Notes: a model not told the origin generated them from the sequence alone. Counted from the stretch's first letter, positions 16,999 to 27,124 are shown. The stretch: 32,000 nucleotides of DNA from Halorhodospira halophila SL1 (GCF_000015585.1 NC_008789.1:1650001-1682000); one strand, 5' to 3'. Numbers and translations are program-made.

Positions 16999-19065
16999 TC
17001 ATCCCGCCGCGGCCAACGACGATTCCGCGCTGCCGCGAGCAAGTAGCTGGACCGTAAAGCGTGTACCGGCTCCGGGCCTGCTAGAGACCTCGATGCGCCC
17101 CCCTAAACTGGCAATGTACTCCCGGGCTTCATACACACCGATACCCATGCCGGCGTTGCCTTTGGTCGTCTGGAACGGTCGGAACAACCGCTCGCGCAGG
17201 AACGCCTCATCCATACCCTGGCCGGTGTCCTCAATCACAATATAGCCCCATTCTTCCCGCTGGCTGAGGCGGAGCCGAATCCAGCCATCCGCAGGTGTGG
17301 CGTCCTGGGCGTTCCGCACCAGGTGAGCAACGACATTGGCCAGCCGCTCCTGATCGGCAATCACCTGGACCTCCTGCTCCACGGTCAACTCCGGCTGCGG
17401 CTCACCGTGCAAGGCCTGCAAGACTTGGCGCAGAACTGCCCCCAACTCAACCCGCTGTGCCGGCGCCGCCTGCTCCGGTTGGGCATTGCGCAGTTGCGCC
17501 AGGGTCCGATCGAGGCGTTCACGGGCGTGGCCAACGGTTCGGAAGGCGTTCTCGAGAAACTCCGGGTTGTCGCGGTGGCGCTCGGCGTTGGCGAGCACCA
17601 GCGATAATTGCCCGGAGACGTTCTTGAGATCGTGCACCAGGAAGGCGGCGAGGCGGTGGAAGGTCTCGAACTGCCGTGCCTCCGCCAGCGCCTCGCCCAC
17701 CTGCGTCAGCGCCACGTAGACCGCCAGCTGCCGCCCAGCGATCTTGAGCAAATCCCGATCCTCCCACTCAATGGGCCGCGGGGCCCGCGGCTGGGCAAGG
17801 ACCACGAAGCCGGTCAACTCCGAACCTTGGAGCAGCGGCACCACCAGCCAATAGCGGGGATTCGCTAACAACCACTCCGGCAACGCCAGCTCGGGATAGG
17901 CGGCAGGGTCATCCCGGTATTCATCGACATCGATCACCCATCCACTCTCGAACAGGTATTGCGCCAGCGAGCCCGTCTGCGGCTCTGGGGGGTGGTTGGG
18001 CTCGCCGAGGTTGAGCACCCCCTCTAGGTCGTAATCACCCTGGGGATTCTGAACCCAAAGCACCCCCCCGGGACTGTCTACCAGCTCGGCGACGGCGTAA
18101 ATAGCCCGCTGACGAAAAGGCAGTTCGTCGTGCTCCTTGGAGAGGGTCGCGGTAAAACGCAGCCATTCGTCGTGGTAGTCATACTTGTAATTGAAGAAGT
18201 GCTTATTGATGAGTACCCGCAACCGCGCCTGGAACGACCCCGAAAAGAGCACAAGAACCAGGAGCAGCCCCGCCCCGAAGAGCAGCGCTGACTGCAACAA
18301 CGCACCCCAGTCACCACCGAACTCGCGCAAGAGGTAGCTAGCCGCCCCCACCGCAAGCAGATACAAGCCAGCGCCGGTCAATGCTGCGGTGTGGAAGACC
18401 AGGTGCCTCGAAACGGTCGGTGCCAGGCCCCGCGGGAGCTGGCGACGCAGAGAGACCGCCACTAGCGGCACGACCAAGGCGTTGATCAGGCCCCGTGCCT
18501 GCGCGGTGGTCGCCTCCACTGCCTGGAAGAGCACCAGATCAGCGAGCACGAACAGGTCGAAGGCGAACAGCCCACCTACACCCAAGCAGAGCAGTTTGAT
18601 CCCCCAGCGCTCCTGCTCCGGGGTGTTCCGGTAGACTTGCTCAACCAACACCAACCCGGCGATCGTCATCAGCAATAGCGCCAGGCCGTAAACGCCATCC
18701 AAACCGAGTTCGGGCCCGACAACCGGGACCAACATCAGCAGCAGAAAACCGCTCAGGACGATGGCCCAAAGCCGTAGTGTGCGCTTCCCACGCTGTGTAT
18801 GCCCGTGCATGCGGTGCAGGATCGCCAGCAAGACCACGAACCACCCCGCGGCCCGCATAAGCTCCCAGCTACCGCTGGCAAGGATCAACTCGCGGGCGTC
18901 GTCGTGCAGCGGGAGACTGCTCAAGTCGGCCGCCCACCCCGCAGTCAGCAGCGAGGCCACCACCACCGACAGGGCGCCGGGCCGATCCCGCCACAGTGTG
19001 AGTGTCAGAACAGCCAGCACCAGGAACGCCGCCAAAGCAGCGGCAAAACTCGCAGCCGATAGCAT
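16999..19065 (-). CDS. prsK: PEP-CTERM system sensor histidine kinase
   Basis: 688 aa with a multi-TM N-terminal half and a GAF-like middle region. H-box FLVHDLKNV, N-box LVRNAQDA, G-boxes DTGQGM and GMGIGVY. GGAGG lies 4 nt upstream of ATG 19065. Confidence 0.85.
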   Translation of the reverse strand: MLSAASFAAALAAFLVLAVLTLTLWRDRPGALSVVVASLLTAGWAADLSSLPLHDDARELILASGSWELMRAAGWFVVLLAILHRMHGHTQRGKRTLRLWAIVLSGFLLLMLVPVVGPELGLDGVYGLALLLMTIAGLVLVEQVYRNTPEQERWGIKLLCLGVGGLFAFDLFVLADLVLFQAVEATTAQARGLINALVVPLVAVSLRRQLPRGLAPTVSRHLVFHTAALTGAGLYLLAVGAASYLLREFGGDWGALLQSALLFGAGLLLVLVLFSGSFQARLRVLINKHFFNYKYDYHDEWLRFTATLSKEHDELPFRQRAIYAVAELVDSPGGVLWVQNPQGDYDLEGVLNLGEPNHPPEPQTGSLAQYLFESGWVIDVDEYRDDPAAYPELALPEWLLANPRYWLVVPLLQGSELTGFVVLAQPRAPRPIEWEDRDLLKIAGRQLAVYVALTQVGEALAEARQFETFHRLAAFLVHDLKNVSGQLSLVLANAERHRDNPEFLENAFRTVGHARERLDRTLAQLRNAQPEQAAPAQRVELGAVLRQVLQALHGEPQPELTVEQEVQVIADQERLANVVAHLVRNAQDATPADGWIRLRLSQREEWGYIVIEDTGQGMDEAFLRERLFRPFQTTKGNAGMGIGVYEAREYIASLGGRIEVSSRPGAGTRFTVQLLARGSAESSLAAAG

Positions 19066-19081
19066 CGCGCCTCCGCAGCGC

Positions 19082-20491
19082 CTAGCGGGCGCCCTGACCG
19101 AAGAGCACCACGGCCACGGTGCGGATCAGGATAACCAGATCCAGAAACAGGGTATGGTTCTTCAGGTAGTACAAATCGTACTGGAGCTTTTCTCGTGCAT
19201 CCTGGATCGATGCGCCGTAGGGATAACAGACCTGCGCCCAACCGGTAATCCCCGGCGCCACCGTGTGCCGAAACCGGTAAAGCGGAATCTCCCCACCTAG
19301 ACGTTCAACAAACAGCGGCCGCTCGGGGCGCGGCCCGACGAAAGACATCTCGCCCTTGAGGACGTTCAGGATCTGCGGCAGCTCGTCGATGCGAAGTTTG
19401 CGGATCACAGCACCCACCCGTGTGATGCGATCATCTCCCTGCTGCGCCCACTGCGGCACACCGTCCTGCTCAGCGTCCTCGCGCATACTGCGGAACTTAA
19501 ACAGCCGGTACGGCTTGTTGCCGATGCCGACCCGCTCCTGGCCGAAGAACACCGACCCCGGACTCTCCAGCTTAATGGCGAGTGCCGTAATCAGCATGAT
19601 CGGCAAGGTAACCAACAGAAGGGCGAGACTAACCATCAGATCAAAGGCTCGTTTGACGGTGACGCGCACCCCGTCCTGACGGAACCCCTCGCCAAAGATC
19701 AACGAACTGGTATTCAGGGAGTCCAACCGGACCTGCCGACGCTCGCGCTCGAGGAATCGGGTGAGGTCGATCACCGAGATCTCGTGGAGTTTGCATTCCA
19801 GCAGATCGCGCACCGGAAGCTGCCCGCGACGGTCGCGAACCCCCACAACTAGTTCGTTGATCCCATGGCGCCGACACAGCTCAAGCAGACACGTCCCTTG
19901 CTCTTGCTCGATGACCTCATCGGCGGGGACGTCAACATGGTCGGTTCCCGGCGGGGCCACATAGCCGACCATGACGTACGGCAGTTCCTCACGGCCGCGC
20001 TCGCCCTGGAGCTCGGTCACCGCCGTCGCGCGTGAGCCCACACCCAGCACCAAGACGCGGGGCTTGAGCTTATTCGCAGTAACAACTCGGCTGGACAGCA
20101 ATCGGCCCATTAGCAGTAGGAAGAATGCCACCACCAGGCCAAGCACCAGCACGCTCGGCTCGATCGCCAGCGCCGGCATCAGTGCCAGTAGGACCCACAT
20201 GCCGACCCCGGTCGCAACCATGGCCAACAGCAGCCGGACCCCTAACATCAGCTGCCCATCGCGCATCGCCATCTGCCCGGTGTCGTAAAGACCCAGACTC
20301 GCCATGCTCAGAAGCACGGCCAGGGCTACAACCACCATCTCCAGCTGCAATGGCAGCTGCTCGAGGCCATACGGCCCCACCAGGCCGGCCTGCAGCGGGA
20401 GGATAGCCGTCAAGCCGAGGAATACCAGCACCCCTTCAAATCCAGCGAGTAAAAGAACCTTGCGCGGGATATAATGACCGAAAAACCGCAC
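19082..20491 (-). CDS. Polyprenyl-phosphate sugar transferase (EPS priming enzyme, EpsB/WbaP-like, PEP-CTERM-locus type)
   Basis: C-terminal bacterial sugar-transferase domain: KRAFDLMVSLALLLVTLPIMLI...FKFRSM...PGITGWAQV. GTG 20491 with GGAGG 6 nt upstream gives MRFFGHYIPRK. The TTG at 20530 in the ORF track is the alternative start. Confidence 0.8.
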   Translation of the reverse strand: MRFFGHYIPRKVLLLAGFEGVLVFLGLTAILPLQAGLVGPYGLEQLPLQLEMVVVALAVLLSMASLGLYDTGQMAMRDGQLMLGVRLLLAMVATGVGMWVLLALMPALAIEPSVLVLGLVVAFFLLLMGRLLSSRVVTANKLKPRVLVLGVGSRATAVTELQGERGREELPYVMVGYVAPPGTDHVDVPADEVIEQEQGTCLLELCRRHGINELVVGVRDRRGQLPVRDLLECKLHEISVIDLTRFLERERRQVRLDSLNTSSLIFGEGFRQDGVRVTVKRAFDLMVSLALLLVTLPIMLITALAIKLESPGSVFFGQERVGIGNKPYRLFKFRSMREDAEQDGVPQWAQQGDDRITRVGAVIRKLRIDELPQILNVLKGEMSFVGPRPERPLFVERLGGEIPLYRFRHTVAPGITGWAQVCYPYGASIQDAREKLQYDLYYLKNHTLFLDLVILIRTVAVVLFGQGAR

Positions 20492-20548
20492 TGCGCGCCT
20501 CCAAGGGGGCGCAGTTCCCTGCACCCCCAATCCATGGCCGAGCCGATA

Positions 20549-21172
20549 TCAGAAAAATCGTTCCGGTATAATCAGCACGTCGCCGGGCTTGATATCGATG
20601 TTGGCCTCGATTTCACCGCGATTGATCAGGTCGTGAAGCCGAACCCGATACTGATTGCGCTCGCCGTCCTCGTGGCGAACCAGAACCGTGCGATTACCGG
20701 CAGCAACATCCGTCATCCCCCCCACTTCAATCATCACATCCATGACGGACATATCCTCTCGGTACTGCAGGGCGCGCGGCTCGGTGGCCTGACCGATGAC
20801 CCGCACTTGGCGATCGTACGGTCCGGCAAAACCGGTCACGATCACGGTGACGACCGGATCGCGGAGGTAGAGGCTCAGCTCATCCTCCATCACCCGCGCC
20901 AATTCGGTGGGCGTAACGCCGCTGGCTTGCACATCCTCGACCAGGGGAGTCGAAATCTGCCCATCCGGCCGGACGGGAACGCTGATTGAGAGCTCGGGGT
21001 TATTCCAGACCTGAACGTTCAGGGTGTCGCCGGGGCCGATGACGTACTGCTCGATTTCCGGGTCATCCACCGTGCTTGGCGCGGAGGGTGGGGCACCACA
21101 GCCAACCACAAGAGAGAGGATGGCCGCGACGATCAGACTCCCAGCGACGGTAGCCGCGCGCGCAGGCTCCAT
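20549..21172 (-). CDS. Polysaccharide export lipoprotein (Wza/EpsE-like, Poly_export + SLBB)
   Basis: YVIGPGDTLNVQVWNNPELS...VRPDGQISTPLV...VQASGVTPTELA is the Poly_export signature. ATG 21172 has AAGGAG 6 nt upstream and gives the lipobox LSLVVGC. The longer ORF to 21337 would overlap the galE start. Confidence 0.8.
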   Translation of the reverse strand: MEPARAATVAGSLIVAAILSLVVGCGAPPSAPSTVDDPEIEQYVIGPGDTLNVQVWNNPELSISVPVRPDGQISTPLVEDVQASGVTPTELARVMEDELSLYLRDPVVTVIVTGFAGPYDRQVRVIGQATEPRALQYREDMSVMDVMIEVGGMTDVAAGNRTVLVRHEDGERNQYRVRLHDLINRGEIEANIDIKPGDVLIIPERFF

Positions 21173-21336
21173 GGGCGACTCCTTGCTCATGCTGGCGCGT
21201 GGGTTGGATACCATCGCAGTTAACCAAAAGCGACGAGTGACTTCCACGGCTCGAAACTGAGACAGTGACAATCCGATCCCTCCACAGACAGGTGCTACAC
21301 TCCAATAAGACTGTAGTTGAAAAGGAAGTCCGCGCA

Positions 21337-22356
21337 ATGCGAGTCCTGGTCACCGGCGGCACCGGGTACATCGGCAGCCACGCGGCGGTGGCGCTCATCG
21401 AGGCGGGCCATGAGGCGGTGCTCCTAGACAATCAGCACAACAGCACCGGCGCTGTCGCATCTCGCATCGGCCGGATCACCCGCACATCGCCGGAACTGAT
21501 CCGAGGCGATGTACGGGATGCCTCGATGCTGGCGGAGTTATTCAGCGCCCGGCGCATCGACGCGGTGATGCACTTTGCCGGGCTCAAGGCCGTGGGCGAG
21601 AGCGTGCAGCGACCGCTCGACTACTACGAAACCAATGTCGGCGGTACCATTCGCCTCTGCCAGGCGATGGAAGCCGCCGGAGTCCGCAAGCTGATTTTCA
21701 GCTCCTCGGCCACCGTATACGGCGACCCGGATCGCGTACCAATCCGCGAGGACGCCCCTACCGGCGGGACGACCAACCCCTACGGCACTAGCAAGCACAT
21801 GGTCGAGCGGATGCTCACCGACCTGAGCACAGCCAACCCGGGCTGGTGCATCGGGATCCTACGCTACTTCAATCCCGTCGGAGCCCATAAGAGTGCGCTG
21901 ATCGGCGAATCGCCGTCCGGCATCCCCAACAATCTCGTGCCGTATATCGCTCAGGTGGCCGCCGGGGAGCGCGAGCACCTGCAGGTCTTCGGCGACGACT
22001 ACCCGACCCGGGACGGCACGGGGGTGCGGGACTACATCCACGTCGTCGATCTGGCGGCCGGGCATGTACGCGCGCTGGAGTACCTTGACGCCCAACCGGG
22101 TCAGCACGCCTGGAACCTCGGCCGCGGCGAGGGGCACTCGGTCTTGGAGGCCGTGCGTGCCTTCGAGCAAGCGAGCGGGTGCTCCATCCCGTACCGGGTT
22201 ACGGAGCGGCGCCCCGGCGATGTCGCCGAGTGCTGGGCCGACCCAAGCAAGGCCGAGCGGGAGCTCGGCTGGCGCGCCGAGCGAGGCCTGGCCACGATGA
22301 TGGAGGATGCCTGGCGCTGGCAGCGTCAGGGCTCGGATACCGAGACAGCTTCCTGA
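21337..22356 (+). CDS. galE: UDP-glucose 4-epimerase
   Basis: MRVLVTGGTGYIGSH (NAD-binding GxxGxxG) and YGTSKHMVE (YxxxK catalytic motif). Full-length collinear look of GalE. AAAGGAAG RBS. Confidence 0.85.
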   Translation: MRVLVTGGTGYIGSHAAVALIEAGHEAVLLDNQHNSTGAVASRIGRITRTSPELIRGDVRDASMLAELFSARRIDAVMHFAGLKAVGESVQRPLDYYETNVGGTIRLCQAMEAAGVRKLIFSSSATVYGDPDRVPIREDAPTGGTTNPYGTSKHMVERMLTDLSTANPGWCIGILRYFNPVGAHKSALIGESPSGIPNNLVPYIAQVAAGEREHLQVFGDDYPTRDGTGVRDYIHVVDLAAGHVRALEYLDAQPGQHAWNLGRGEGHSVLEAVRAFEQASGCSIPYRVTERRPGDVAECWADPSKAERELGWRAERGLATMMEDAWRWQRQGSDTETAS

Positions 22357-22363
22357 ATCGACA

Positions 22364-22410
22364 GGGGCATGATTACCCCTATACGGGGCATGATCACCCC
22401 TATACAGGGG
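22364..22410. repeat. 21-bp tandem repeat (2.2 copies), each copy a small hairpin, between convergent galE and manC
   Basis: GGGGCATGATTACCCCTATAC (22364-22384), GGGGCATGATCACCCCTATAC (22385-22405) and AGGGG. Each unit can pair GGGG with CCCC. Confidence 0.8.
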
Positions 22411-22415
22411 CTCGG

Positions 22416-23903
22416 CTATCGGGATTCGGAAGCATCATCCATACGGCCGTAGAGGTCCTCGAAACGGACCAGATCGTCCTCCTCCAGATAGGGACCGGTC
22501 TGGATCTCGATGATCTGCAGCGGGATTCGCCCCGGATTCGACAGACGGTGCGGTCGAGTGGCCGGCACGTACGTCGACTGGTTCTCCTCGAGGTAGATCT
22601 CTTCGTCCCCATTGACCACCTTGGCGGTACCAGCGATCACCACCCAGTGCTCCGAGCGGTGGTAGTGCATCTGTAACGAGAGCTGACAACCGGGTTTCAC
22701 CACGATCCGCTTGAGCTTGTAGCGGTGACCGCTCTCCAGCGTGGTGTAGCTCCCCCAGGGGCGTGCCACGGTGACGTGGTACTCGGCAAGCTCCGGTTTG
22801 TACGCAGCGACCTCGGCGACGAGCGGCTTGAGGTCGCCCAGGCGATCCCGCGGGCAGACCAGGGTGGCATCGCGAGTCTGAACCAGTGCCAAGTTTTCCA
22901 CGCCGTAGGCAGCGAGCAGACCGCCGTCGGCACTCCAAAGGAGGTTGTCCTGACTATCGACAGGTAGCGCAGGTCCTTGGCAGACATTGCCGTGATCATC
23001 CTTGATCCGCTCTTGATAGAGCGCCTCCCAACTGCCCAGATCGCTCCAGCCCAGGTCCACCGGGACCACCGCTACCGAGTCGGCCCTCTCCAGCAGGCCG
23101 TAATCAATGGAGAGTTCGGGCAGCTGGCCGTAGCGATCAGAGTCCGGCGGGCAATCCGGCTCAGCCCACTCGGCTACGGCGTCGGCAATCTCCGGCTGAT
23201 GTGCGGCGAGTAGCTCCAGAAAACGATCCGCCCGAAAGACGAACATGCCGCTGTTCCAGTAGTAACCGCCCTGCTCGAGGTAGCGCTGAGCCGTCTGCCC
23301 ATCGGGTTTCTCCACGAAGCGCTGGACCTGCTCCACGCCGACCTCCAGCGCAGGGCCGGCCTGGATGTAGCCGAAACCGGTGGCCGGCTCGGTGGGCTGG
23401 ATGCCGAAGAGCACCAGCTTGCCGGCGTCCGCCGCCACCTCAGCCCGGGCCCAGGCCCCGCGCAATGCCTCGGCGTCGGCGATCTGGTGGTCGGAGGGGA
23501 AGACCCCGACGAGCGCATCGGGCCGCTCGTGGGCGATACGGGCCACCGCCCAGGCGATGGCCGGCAGGGTATTGCGGGCTGACGGCTCCACCAACACGCC
23601 CTCGGCCAGCTGCGGATCAACCTCATGCAGCTGGCCCTTGACCTCGAAGCGGTGGTCCACGTGCGTGACCGTGCTCATCCGCTGGGCCGGCAAGGCCGGT
23701 AGCAACCGCGCCGCCGTCTCCTGGAGAAGCGTGTCGGCACTGGTCAGGGCCAGCAGCTGCTTGGGCATGTTGCGCCGGGACAGCGGCCACAGACGGGTCC
23801 CGGACCCGCCGGCAAGGATCACCGCGTGGCGGCGGGCGGCACGCTCGAACACGTCTTGCGAATCAGGCGCTGCTTGCGACGGGGTGTAGGCATCATCGGC
23901 CAT
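22416..23903 (-). CDS. manC: Mannose-1-phosphate guanylyltransferase / mannose-6-phosphate isomerase (bifunctional type II)
   Basis: VILAGGSGTRLWPLSR nucleotidyltransferase motif plus a C-terminal cupin, QMHYHRSEHWVVIAGTAKV. ATG 23903 lies 8 nt after the stop of the upstream gene; the ORF-track start at 23951 overlaps that gene. Confidence 0.85.
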   Translation of the reverse strand: MADDAYTPSQAAPDSQDVFERAARRHAVILAGGSGTRLWPLSRRNMPKQLLALTSADTLLQETAARLLPALPAQRMSTVTHVDHRFEVKGQLHEVDPQLAEGVLVEPSARNTLPAIAWAVARIAHERPDALVGVFPSDHQIADAEALRGAWARAEVAADAGKLVLFGIQPTEPATGFGYIQAGPALEVGVEQVQRFVEKPDGQTAQRYLEQGGYYWNSGMFVFRADRFLELLAAHQPEIADAVAEWAEPDCPPDSDRYGQLPELSIDYGLLERADSVAVVPVDLGWSDLGSWEALYQERIKDDHGNVCQGPALPVDSQDNLLWSADGGLLAAYGVENLALVQTRDATLVCPRDRLGDLKPLVAEVAAYKPELAEYHVTVARPWGSYTTLESGHRYKLKRIVVKPGCQLSLQMHYHRSEHWVVIAGTAKVVNGDEEIYLEENQSTYVPATRPHRLSNPGRIPLQIIEIQTGPYLEEDDLVRFEDLYGRMDDASESR

Positions 23904-23910
23904 AGGGGCA

Positions 23911-25086
23911 TCATCCGTGCTGTTGTGGATCCATCTGCGCCGCCTCGGCATCCAGATCCCGGGGTGCGCGGAAGGCCTTGTAGAACAGGTGACGAACCAG
24001 TAGCCAAGGCGGCATCTTCAGCCAGTGGCCACGGACAAGCATCAGGCCTCGCGCCAGGGCATCGGCTCTCGGCGTCGTGGAGAGATGGCCGTTCAGCGCG
24101 TGCTCGAACGCAGGCCGCACAATACGCTTGCCCAAAAACCCGGGGGTGTGGTGACTCAGGCGCTCCACTGCCGCCTGCGGGACTGGGGTACCGAAGCGCC
24201 GCCGGCAGCACCAGACGGCCGGCTCCACCAGCCAGAGCAGCCGCATGGCCTCGGCCTCGTCGAGCAGCGCCTCCCAGAACCGGTCGCCGTGCTGCTGATG
24301 GAAGTGCTCAAGCAGGCTATGGATGTCGTAAAGATCCCGCAATCCGCGGTCCCAATCGGTTTCCGAGAACAGGTGGACGATGGCGTGGAGTACCAAGTGC
24401 CGGGGCGCCGGCAGCCGCAGCCAGTGCAGCCCCGGAGCGGGGGCGGCGTGCTCAAAGATGGGGGCCGGATCGACGACCACGGCGAAGGTCTCGGGCAAGA
24501 TGTTATGGTGCAGATCCAGCGTGGTCCCGCGTTTGCGGTGTTGCAGAGGCGGGAGCTCGTGCATCCACTGCCGGTAGTAACGCTGATCGTAGGCGTCGTG
24601 GTGGGTCCCCGCCCACCCTTCATAGAACAGGGCCGACTCGACTCGCTCGACCTCCGCCTTTTGTGCCAACAGATCGATATCCGCCACGATCCTCCCGGCC
24701 GCATTCGGCAATCCCGCCAGCAGGTAGGCGCCCCCCTTCAAGGCGACCGGAGCAGTGAACCGCCGCAACACCCCGCGGTCGAGCTGTTGCAACTCCCACC
24801 GAAGCGCCGCGGCGTTGGTCTCGGCAGTTGCTGCCGCACCCCACAGATGCCCGGCCACCCACTCCGGCAACTGCCCTTCGACCCCACAGCTCACCGCACG
24901 GTGCCACAACGCCCCGAGCAAGAGGTTCTCACGCCCCACGGCCAGGATCCCCGTCCACAGCGACTCCGGAAAGCCGGCCAGGGTCTCAGGCCAGGCCAGG
25001 CCTTGTCCGAGCGCGTGAGCAGGATTAAGCGGCCAGCGCGTCAAAGCTCTCGACGGCCTCCTCCAGCCGGCTGTAACCGAAGTCAT
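23911..25086 (-). CDS. Uncharacterised nucleotidyltransferase-fold protein (PF14907-like)
   Basis: PVALKGGAYLL...GRIVADIDLLAQKAEVERVESALFYEGW...TTLDLHHNILP matches the 'uncharacterised nucleotidyltransferase' pattern. The start is uncertain: ATG 25086, TTG 25044 or ATG 25167. All three overlap the 3' end of the kinase gene. Confidence 0.6.
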   Translation of the reverse strand: MTSVTAGWRRPSRALTRWPLNPAHALGQGLAWPETLAGFPESLWTGILAVGRENLLLGALWHRAVSCGVEGQLPEWVAGHLWGAAATAETNAAALRWELQQLDRGVLRRFTAPVALKGGAYLLAGLPNAAGRIVADIDLLAQKAEVERVESALFYEGWAGTHHDAYDQRYYRQWMHELPPLQHRKRGTTLDLHHNILPETFAVVVDPAPIFEHAAPAPGLHWLRLPAPRHLVLHAIVHLFSETDWDRGLRDLYDIHSLLEHFHQQHGDRFWEALLDEAEAMRLLWLVEPAVWCCRRRFGTPVPQAAVERLSHHTPGFLGKRIVRPAFEHALNGHLSTTPRADALARGLMLVRGHWLKMPPWLLVRHLFYKAFRAPRDLDAEAAQMDPQQHG

Positions 25087-25945
25087 AGCCCGGTGCCTGC
25101 TCCACAAGGTCCACCGTTCTGTGGAAGGCACGCCTTCCGAGGGCGGCATAGTTGAACGATTGGGCAATCAGCCCCATCAGCGTATCCGCCGGGGAGCGCT
25201 CTCGCCAGCTCACGGGCCCGTAGGGACGGTAGCGAGGGAACACCACCCAGCCCGGCGGGGTGGGCTCGCTCGCCCGCGCAACACTCGCCGCTGGCGGCCG
25301 CATATGCGCGACTGAACCCTTGCGAGTGTCGCAGCACGGCGTGCTAATCACCGCCTCGGGCGCAAAGCGCTGGATCACCTCGATGGAGGCGTTCTTCAGA
25401 CTAACCGGCCTTGCCAACCCGTAGAGCAGCGGCTGAGGGCCGGCCAGCTCGACTGCGGCCACCTCGTCGCTCAGCAACCGCCAACCGCGGTTGGCCAGCG
25501 CGGCACACAGGGTGCTCTTCCCCGCTTCCGGCGGCGCCGGCAAGATCACCGCGCGGCCATTCTTTTCCAGGCAGGCCGCGTGAAAGAGCAGGAAATGCTT
25601 GGTCTGCATCCCCACGCACCAGTTCAGGCCCCACTCAAGCATCGGGAACGCCTGATTGCGGGGGAGCGGCTTGAAAATGCGTTTAGCGTCCGCGTAGAAG
25701 AGCGCCTGGGGCCTGTAGTAGCGGCGCACCCCGCGGCCGGACACGACCTCACAGTGAAAATCACAGCCGTGCTCTGACTCAAGAACCGGGTGATCGGCGT
25801 AGAGCTGCCAGATCCCTTGCGCCACAGAGGCTAAACGGCTGCGGAGGGCAAAGCGGAAGGGACCGGTCTGAACGGCAAGCTCCCCGCTGGATAGACGATC
25901 CACGACGCTGCTGTAGCCCAGCCCAGCGATCGTCGTCACGTGCAC
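25025..25945 (-). CDS. HPr-kinase-related P-loop protein ('HprK-related kinase A' type)
   Basis: AVILPAPPEAGKSTLCAALANRGWRLLSDE resembles the HprK/P C-terminal domain P-loop region. The GTG start at 25945 overlaps the upstream stop by 10 nt. Confidence 0.65.
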   Translation of the reverse strand: MHVTTIAGLGYSSVVDRLSSGELAVQTGPFRFALRSRLASVAQGIWQLYADHPVLESEHGCDFHCEVVSGRGVRRYYRPQALFYADAKRIFKPLPRNQAFPMLEWGLNWCVGMQTKHFLLFHAACLEKNGRAVILPAPPEAGKSTLCAALANRGWRLLSDEVAAVELAGPQPLLYGLARPVSLKNASIEVIQRFAPEAVISTPCCDTRKGSVAHMRPPAASVARASEPTPPGWVVFPRYRPYGPVSWRERSPADTLMGLIAQSFNYAALGRRAFHRTVDLVEQAPGYDFGYSRLEEAVESFDALAA

Positions 25946-26283
25946 TCCCGGATTAGACGCGCATCCATGAGCGGCTGCAGGGCCCAGCCCAGAAGATCCT
26001 CCCGAGAACCTGGCTGCGTGCCCGCCTCCACGAGCCCACCATCGTCCTCAGCCACCGCCTTAAGCAACTCCCGCTCCGTCACCGAGGTACGCTCGCTGAT
26101 CCGGGCCAGGATCTCTGTCGAGAGGCGGGGCATGGCGTAGGTGGAGCCTGAGCCGCGGTGGTAGACGAAACCATACGCCCCGACAAGGCGCCAAGCGAGA
26201 TCGTTGGAGCGCAATGACCAGCGCCGCGAACTCCTCTCCCCAGGCTGAGGCGACTCCTGTATACGGGGTTCAGAGTCGCTCAT
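25936..26283 (-). CDS. PqqD-family protein (RiPP-recognition-element fold)
   Basis: 115 aa. GFVYHRGSGSTYAMPRLSTEILARISE...TERELLKAV...LLGWALQPLMDARLI follows the PqqD pattern. Its ATG directly abuts the TAA of the upstream gene, with GAGG 5 nt upstream. Confidence 0.6.
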   Translation of the reverse strand: MSDSEPRIQESPQPGERSSRRWSLRSNDLAWRLVGAYGFVYHRGSGSTYAMPRLSTEILARISERTSVTERELLKAVAEDDGGLVEAGTQPGSREDLLGWALQPLMDARLIRECT

Positions 26284-26964
26284 TTAAGCCTCATGAAGGA
26301 AAAAAGGATCGGCCGTTATATTCTCGAGAAACAGGGCGACCTCCTCGGGCCCCAAGGGCACCTCACCGGTGCTCGTTTCGTAATTCTCTCCGTTAAGGGC
26401 CGTTCGAACTAGATCCTTAATCTCCTCTGCGGTGGGGCTGCCGTTATAAAAACCGGCCTCACTATTCAGCAACGCCGCCGTACCGTAGTAAATCACTGTA
26501 CGATCCGTTCGGGAGACAAGAGACCCAGTTGATTGGTAGACAGCATACGGGCCGCCGTTGGCATTCGACCAGACCGCATACTTCAGACGAAGCTCCTGAC
26601 TAAGATCTTCATCTTCGTAGTATACGTTTCCCGAGTACTCAAAGGCTGCCACAAATAATCTTTCCTGGTCCTCTTCACTCATCGCACCGTTGTTCGATCC
26701 CCAGTAACCGGGAGAACGGCCACCACAGTCTTTAGCGTCGCCGTGCTGAGACCCCCCAGACACCCAGCCCGATGGATGACAGTTCCCACCTTCGATCGAG
26801 CCGGCCCGAAGCGGATTGCTATGGAAGGCCAGCAGTACCGGCACGCTGCCCAGGGCCGCTTGCCCGAAGCGCCGGCGCGACATCCCCCGGCTCGGGGGGT
26901 GTTTGCCTTGCCCTTCCGCGATTTCGTGCGGCTCGGGTGCTTGGTTCCGCTCGTGTTCCGTCAT
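26284..26964 (-). CDS. Hypothetical secreted protein with twin-arginine (Tat) signal
   Basis: SRRRFGQAALGSVPVLLAF Tat motif after a 27-aa hydrophilic N-extension. GAGGGG lies 8 nt upstream of ATG 26964; ATG 26883 is an alternative start. I recognise no family, and GC is lower than in the surroundings. Confidence 0.6.
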   Translation of the reverse strand: MTEHERNQAPEPHEIAEGQGKHPPSRGMSRRRFGQAALGSVPVLLAFHSNPLRAGSIEGGNCHPSGWVSGGSQHGDAKDCGGRSPGYWGSNNGAMSEEDQERLFVAAFEYSGNVYYEDEDLSQELRLKYAVWSNANGGPYAVYQSTGSLVSRTDRTVIYYGTAALLNSEAGFYNGSPTAEEIKDLVRTALNGENYETSTGEVPLGPEEVALFLENITADPFFLHEA

Positions 26965-27024
26965 CGCGGCAACCCCTCAAGATTGTGTTCAATGTCTAGT
27001 CGATTTGCTGCCTAGCAGAACGCT

Positions 27025-27041
27025 TAGCAAGTTTCGCGCCG
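27025..27041 (-). promoter_or_regulatory. Sigma-54-type promoter of the Tat-protein/PqqD/HprK-like/NTase operon
   Basis: The minus strand reads CGGCGCGAAACTTGCTA: GG-N10-GC spacing with a TTGCT -12 box. It lies 61 nt upstream of ATG 26964. Confidence 0.5.
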
Positions 27042-27124
27042 ATAGGCAGGCTTCACCCCAGCCCCTATCCCGCTCAGGGCGTTGAACGAGGCGGTGACAA
27101 TCCGTCACTGCCACGGTCTCCGCC

